This document shows positions 52,581 through 55,572 of a stretch of DNA of 55,572 nt, piece after piece. Source of the DNA: a virus (Duplodnaviria > Caudoviricetes); IMG/VR virus record IMGVR_UViG_3300026320_000006, positions 1 through 55,572 of that record. One strand, 5' to 3'. The position numbers and the translations under genes were made by a program. Position 1 is the stretch's first letter; every line of letters starts with the position of its first letter. The notes under the pieces were generated by a model. It ran no database searches and was not told the DNA's origin. It saw nothing but the letters and a program-made list of their open reading frames with translations.

Positions 52581-54784
52581 GCCATCGCCTCCATTTCATC
52601 GAATAAGGTTGCTTGTGTCTTTTGTTGCACCATGCGCTCGAGGTTCTTACGAGCAACTTCGAAGTAAGATTGTTTGAGTTCTACCCCAACGAACTTACGC
52701 CCATGCCGTAGTGCTTCGTAACCCTCGCTACCAATGCCTGCAAAAGGAGAGAAGATTGTTTCTCCTGGATTGCTCCAGAGCTTGATACACCGTTCAATCG
52801 TACCGAGCTGCAAAGGGCACACATGCCGTTCATCGTCAGCATCACGCGCCTCAACCACGTTCAATGTGTCGGACTCCTTGATGCCATACCAGACGGGATG
52901 GGCCCACTCGATCCATTCATCGTTGGTCATGTCAGGATGAACAGGAACGGTGTTCTCTCCGGGCCTGCGAAATACCAGGATATAATCAGCGAGTCCGGGG
53001 CGCATCCACGAGGCGTCTTTGCGGAGCTGCGCAAACAGTAACCCTTTCGCGTGTGTGCGGATCGCCTGCGCCTGTGGGTTCTTATCGATGGTTACTTCCC
53101 CGTGATACACCCAGCCACGATCTACAAACGCCTGTATCGTTTCACCGCGAAAGTCTTTCAAACCAATAAAACCATCGTTGATCAAGGTCGCCGCTATTTG
53201 CTGGACATGCACACAGCAATTCCGGCCCGGTTTTGTCACCCGGAGCAGATGATCGATGATATATGAAAAGTGCCGATAGAATTCATCGCGTGTACGGCTA
53301 TTGCCCAAATCGCGCTCTGTTGGGCTATACACATACAGTTGCTGGAACGGCGGCGAAAAGATAGAAAGATCAACTGACTGATCAGGTATTTCTGCCATGC
53401 GTTCGCAACTATCACCCAACATCAGCGTGTAGTGGTCTGTTGTGATTGTTTGTGTCATATACTCCTGCTCCTGTTGTGACTTTTCAAGTTCCTCACGTTC
53501 AAATTTCTGAACATGCTCAATTAACTGCTTGCTCATCTGTTGCGCCTCTTGTTCTTTTCGCAGGACATTTTGATAGACTTCTTGTTCGATTTCTGAGAGG
53601 ATAATGCTCACCTGAACCGGCTGTGTTTGCCCAAAACGATAACAGCGTCGAATACACTGATAATAATCTTCGAAGCTGTCCGAGAGACCGATAAAGGCCA
53701 TGTTGTGACAGTGTTGAAAATTCATACCATACCCGGCGATTTTTGGCTTTGTCACCAAAACACGATACTTCCCTGTTTGAAATGCTTCGATTGCAGCAAT
53801 TTTTTGGTCTGGACTGTCAGACCCAATAATCTCAATGCTGTCTGAAATACTCCCTGCAAGGGAAGCGCTTTCGTCATTGCGGCCACACCAAAGGATCCAC
53901 TGTTCATCGTTTGAGGCGACCAGTTCAATAGCTTTCTGGACGCGTTCTGCTACCGTTCCCTTGCGCGCTTTTGAGCGATCTGTGATGCCTTTCAAGCCAG
54001 TAGCAAACAACTGATCTGCAGGTGTATAGCCTGTTTTGACAATCACCGGCTCAACCGACAATACAGGCAGAATATAGCCAGTATCGTCATAACCGATATC
54101 AGACGGCTTTTTGATGCTCATCGACCAGGATGCAAGCCAGCGATAAAATGCCTCGGTTGCATGGCCTTTCAATCGCCATCCGTTGCCAGCGCCACTATCC
54201 GAGTCATGTGTGAAAAAAGTTGCCAGCATATTTGGGCGCGTCATGACCCCTAAAAATTCTGCATGATTGGCGATCTCTGTGATATCGTTTGGAGCAGGTG
54301 TTGCCGTACAACACAACTTGAATGGAGTAGTACCAAACATCTCCATCAGTTTTGCTTTGATTTTTCCATCAAGCGATTTAAGTATTGATGATTCATCCAG
54401 GACGACAGTTCCAAAGTCAGATGGATCAAAATGATCAATCATCTCGTAGTTTGTGATATTGATACCGTCAATCAGATCAGAACCAGACCGCGTATAATGT
54501 GTCTGGATGCCAATTTTTTTCGCCTCATTCACCGTTTGGCGCGCAACTGACAAGGGCGCGATAATCAAACTTCGAACGTTTGAGAGGCGCGCAAACTCCA
54601 ACTGACAAAAAGTTTTTCCCAGCCCTGTATCAGCAAAAATAGCGGCGCGGCCTTTTTGAAGCGCCCACTGCACGATGACTTTTTGCCAATCGAACAACAT
54701 CGGATGTATCGCTGACAGGTCAACAGCACGGCCTGATGTTTGGGATTGCAACCGTTTGGATTGGAGGAATGTGTGATAGTCCAT
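52577..54784 (-). CDS. SNF2-like helicase fused to a beta-class N4-C/N6-A DNA methyltransferase
   Basis: DTGLGKT, LDESS, TATP, QCIRRCYRFGQ; then GDSCE, FSPPF, HVCPLQ, PFAGIGS. Confidence 0.9.
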   Translation of the reverse strand: MDYHTFLQSKRLQSQTSGRAVDLSAIHPMLFDWQKVIVQWALQKGRAAIFADTGLGKTFCQLEFARLSNVRSLIIAPLSVARQTVNEAKKIGIQTHYTRSGSDLIDGINITNYEMIDHFDPSDFGTVVLDESSILKSLDGKIKAKLMEMFGTTPFKLCCTATPAPNDITEIANHAEFLGVMTRPNMLATFFTHDSDSGAGNGWRLKGHATEAFYRWLASWSMSIKKPSDIGYDDTGYILPVLSVEPVIVKTGYTPADQLFATGLKGITDRSKARKGTVAERVQKAIELVASNDEQWILWCGRNDESASLAGSISDSIEIIGSDSPDQKIAAIEAFQTGKYRVLVTKPKIAGYGMNFQHCHNMAFIGLSDSFEDYYQCIRRCYRFGQTQPVQVSIILSEIEQEVYQNVLRKEQEAQQMSKQLIEHVQKFEREELEKSQQEQEYMTQTITTDHYTLMLGDSCERMAEIPDQSVDLSIFSPPFQQLYVYSPTERDLGNSRTRDEFYRHFSYIIDHLLRVTKPGRNCCVHVQQIAATLINDGFIGLKDFRGETIQAFVDRGWVYHGEVTIDKNPQAQAIRTHAKGLLFAQLRKDASWMRPGLADYILVFRRPGENTVPVHPDMTNDEWIEWAHPVWYGIKESDTLNVVEARDADDERHVCPLQLGTIERCIKLWSNPGETIFSPFAGIGSEGYEALRHGRKFVGVELKQSYFEVARKNLERMVQQKTQATLFDEMEAMA

Positions 54785-54785
54785 A

Positions 54786-55572
54786 TTATGCCCCCACACG
54801 TTTTTCGCGCCATTCGGCAAATTTGCCGTAGACACTATCCAACAAATCACTCGCTTCACCTTTCGTGACTGTCACTGGATCATATTTGAGGTTGAATCTG
54901 GCCTGATACTTTGCCAGCTTTTCTAGTTGTACCTCGGTTGCCGAGTCGTTGCGCCAGGGTAACGTTCTATCTACCAGTTTATAGCCATTTGGTTGACTGA
55001 GGAGAATACGCGCTTTCTTTTCAGCTTGAGCTTGAGCCCAATCGAGTGGCAAGTAGTCAGACCAGACCTGTGCTTGAGAACCAGGAAACAATTTAGCCAA
55101 AACACGATAATTGCCTGATCCGCTCTCATCTGGCGTAAGTGCAATACGATCTCCACTATCAAGCTCCAACACAAATTTACCATCGGGTTTCGCCTGCCAG
55201 GTCAGTTTGGCCAGCAGGTTCAGTTCAACGTCTTTGTTGCGCTGCTCTTTTAGCTTGCGCACAACCGAGCTCTCTGTTTTGTTGCCGATCTCTTCTTTTT
55301 CACGCTCAAGCGCTTCAAGTAAACTTTCTTCTGGATTAAGCTTTTTCCCAAGTACTTTACTCAGGCTCATTGGCTCAAGCCGGTGCTTGAAACAGTTATC
55401 AGTGATGTCCAGGATGATACAGTCTTTTTTGCCGGGCGCTAATCTTAGCCCGCGACCAATGGCCTGGATAAAAAGCGCTCTGGACTGTGTTGGGCGTGCC
55501 ATGATAATACAATCGCACAAAGGTTCGTCCCAACCCTCTGAAAGCACATTGACGGTCGTCAGGACGCGGATA
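54786..55572 (-). CDS. SF2 helicase, C-terminal part (same gene as 1-1450)
   Basis: LSEGWDEP, QAIGRGLR; overlaps the terminal repeat. Confidence 0.9.
   Translation of the reverse strand, partial: IRVLTTVNVLSEGWDEPLCDCIIMARPTQSRALFIQAIGRGLRLAPGKKDCIILDITDNCFKHRLEPMSLSKVLGKKLNPEESLLEALEREKEEIGNKTESSVVRKLKEQRNKDVELNLLAKLTWQAKPDGKFVLELDSGDRIALTPDESGSGNYRVLAKLFPGSQAQVWSDYLPLDWAQAQAEKKARILLSQPNGYKLVDRTLPWRNDSATEVQLEKLAKYQARFNLKYDPVTVTKGEASDLLDSVYGKFAEWREKRVGA
54995..55572. repeat. Terminal direct repeat, right copy
   Basis: Matches 1-578. Confidence 0.95.

Noticed and set aside
1-55572. Integrated prophage with host flanks
   Set aside because: No housekeeping genes, ends overlap, and the att region is uninterrupted

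Overview
The window is essentially one complete, circularly permuted genome (about 54,994 bp unique) of a temperate long-tailed (sipho-type) phage, in the excised form (attP intact, no host flanks). Bases 1-578 recur at 54995-55572 as a second allele of about 94% identity. The host is probably a filamentous Chloroflexota (Ktedonobacteria-like), inferred only from the style of the HTH repressors and the endolysin binding repeat. Modules present: terS; terL carrying a LAGLIDADG intein; portal; head; tail with a -1 frameshift chaperone; lysis; recombination and replication (SSB-like, Cas4-like nuclease, RusA, DnaJ, AAA+/wHTH initiator with iterons, primase, helicases); DNA modification genes; several HTH regulators. 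The best candidate for a new system is a 5.9 kb module wedged between terS and terL. It holds a stand-alone copy of the initiator's wHTH domain beside a second iteron array, a tRNA-Leu(UAA) gene split into two inverted halves next to a tyrosine recombinase, and an FtsK/TraB-like translocase with Spd-like membrane proteins and 8-bp clt-like repeats. That combination suggests a virion-forming phage that may also spread as DNA between cells or through hyphal cross-walls. Other highlights: a near-consensus promoter, RBS and in-frame ATG inside the intein; an Acr/Aca-like autoregulated operon in the lysis module; a structured RNA in the capsid operon; a strongly over-represented CCYTGCARGG palindrome. 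All calls were made by eye with no database search.
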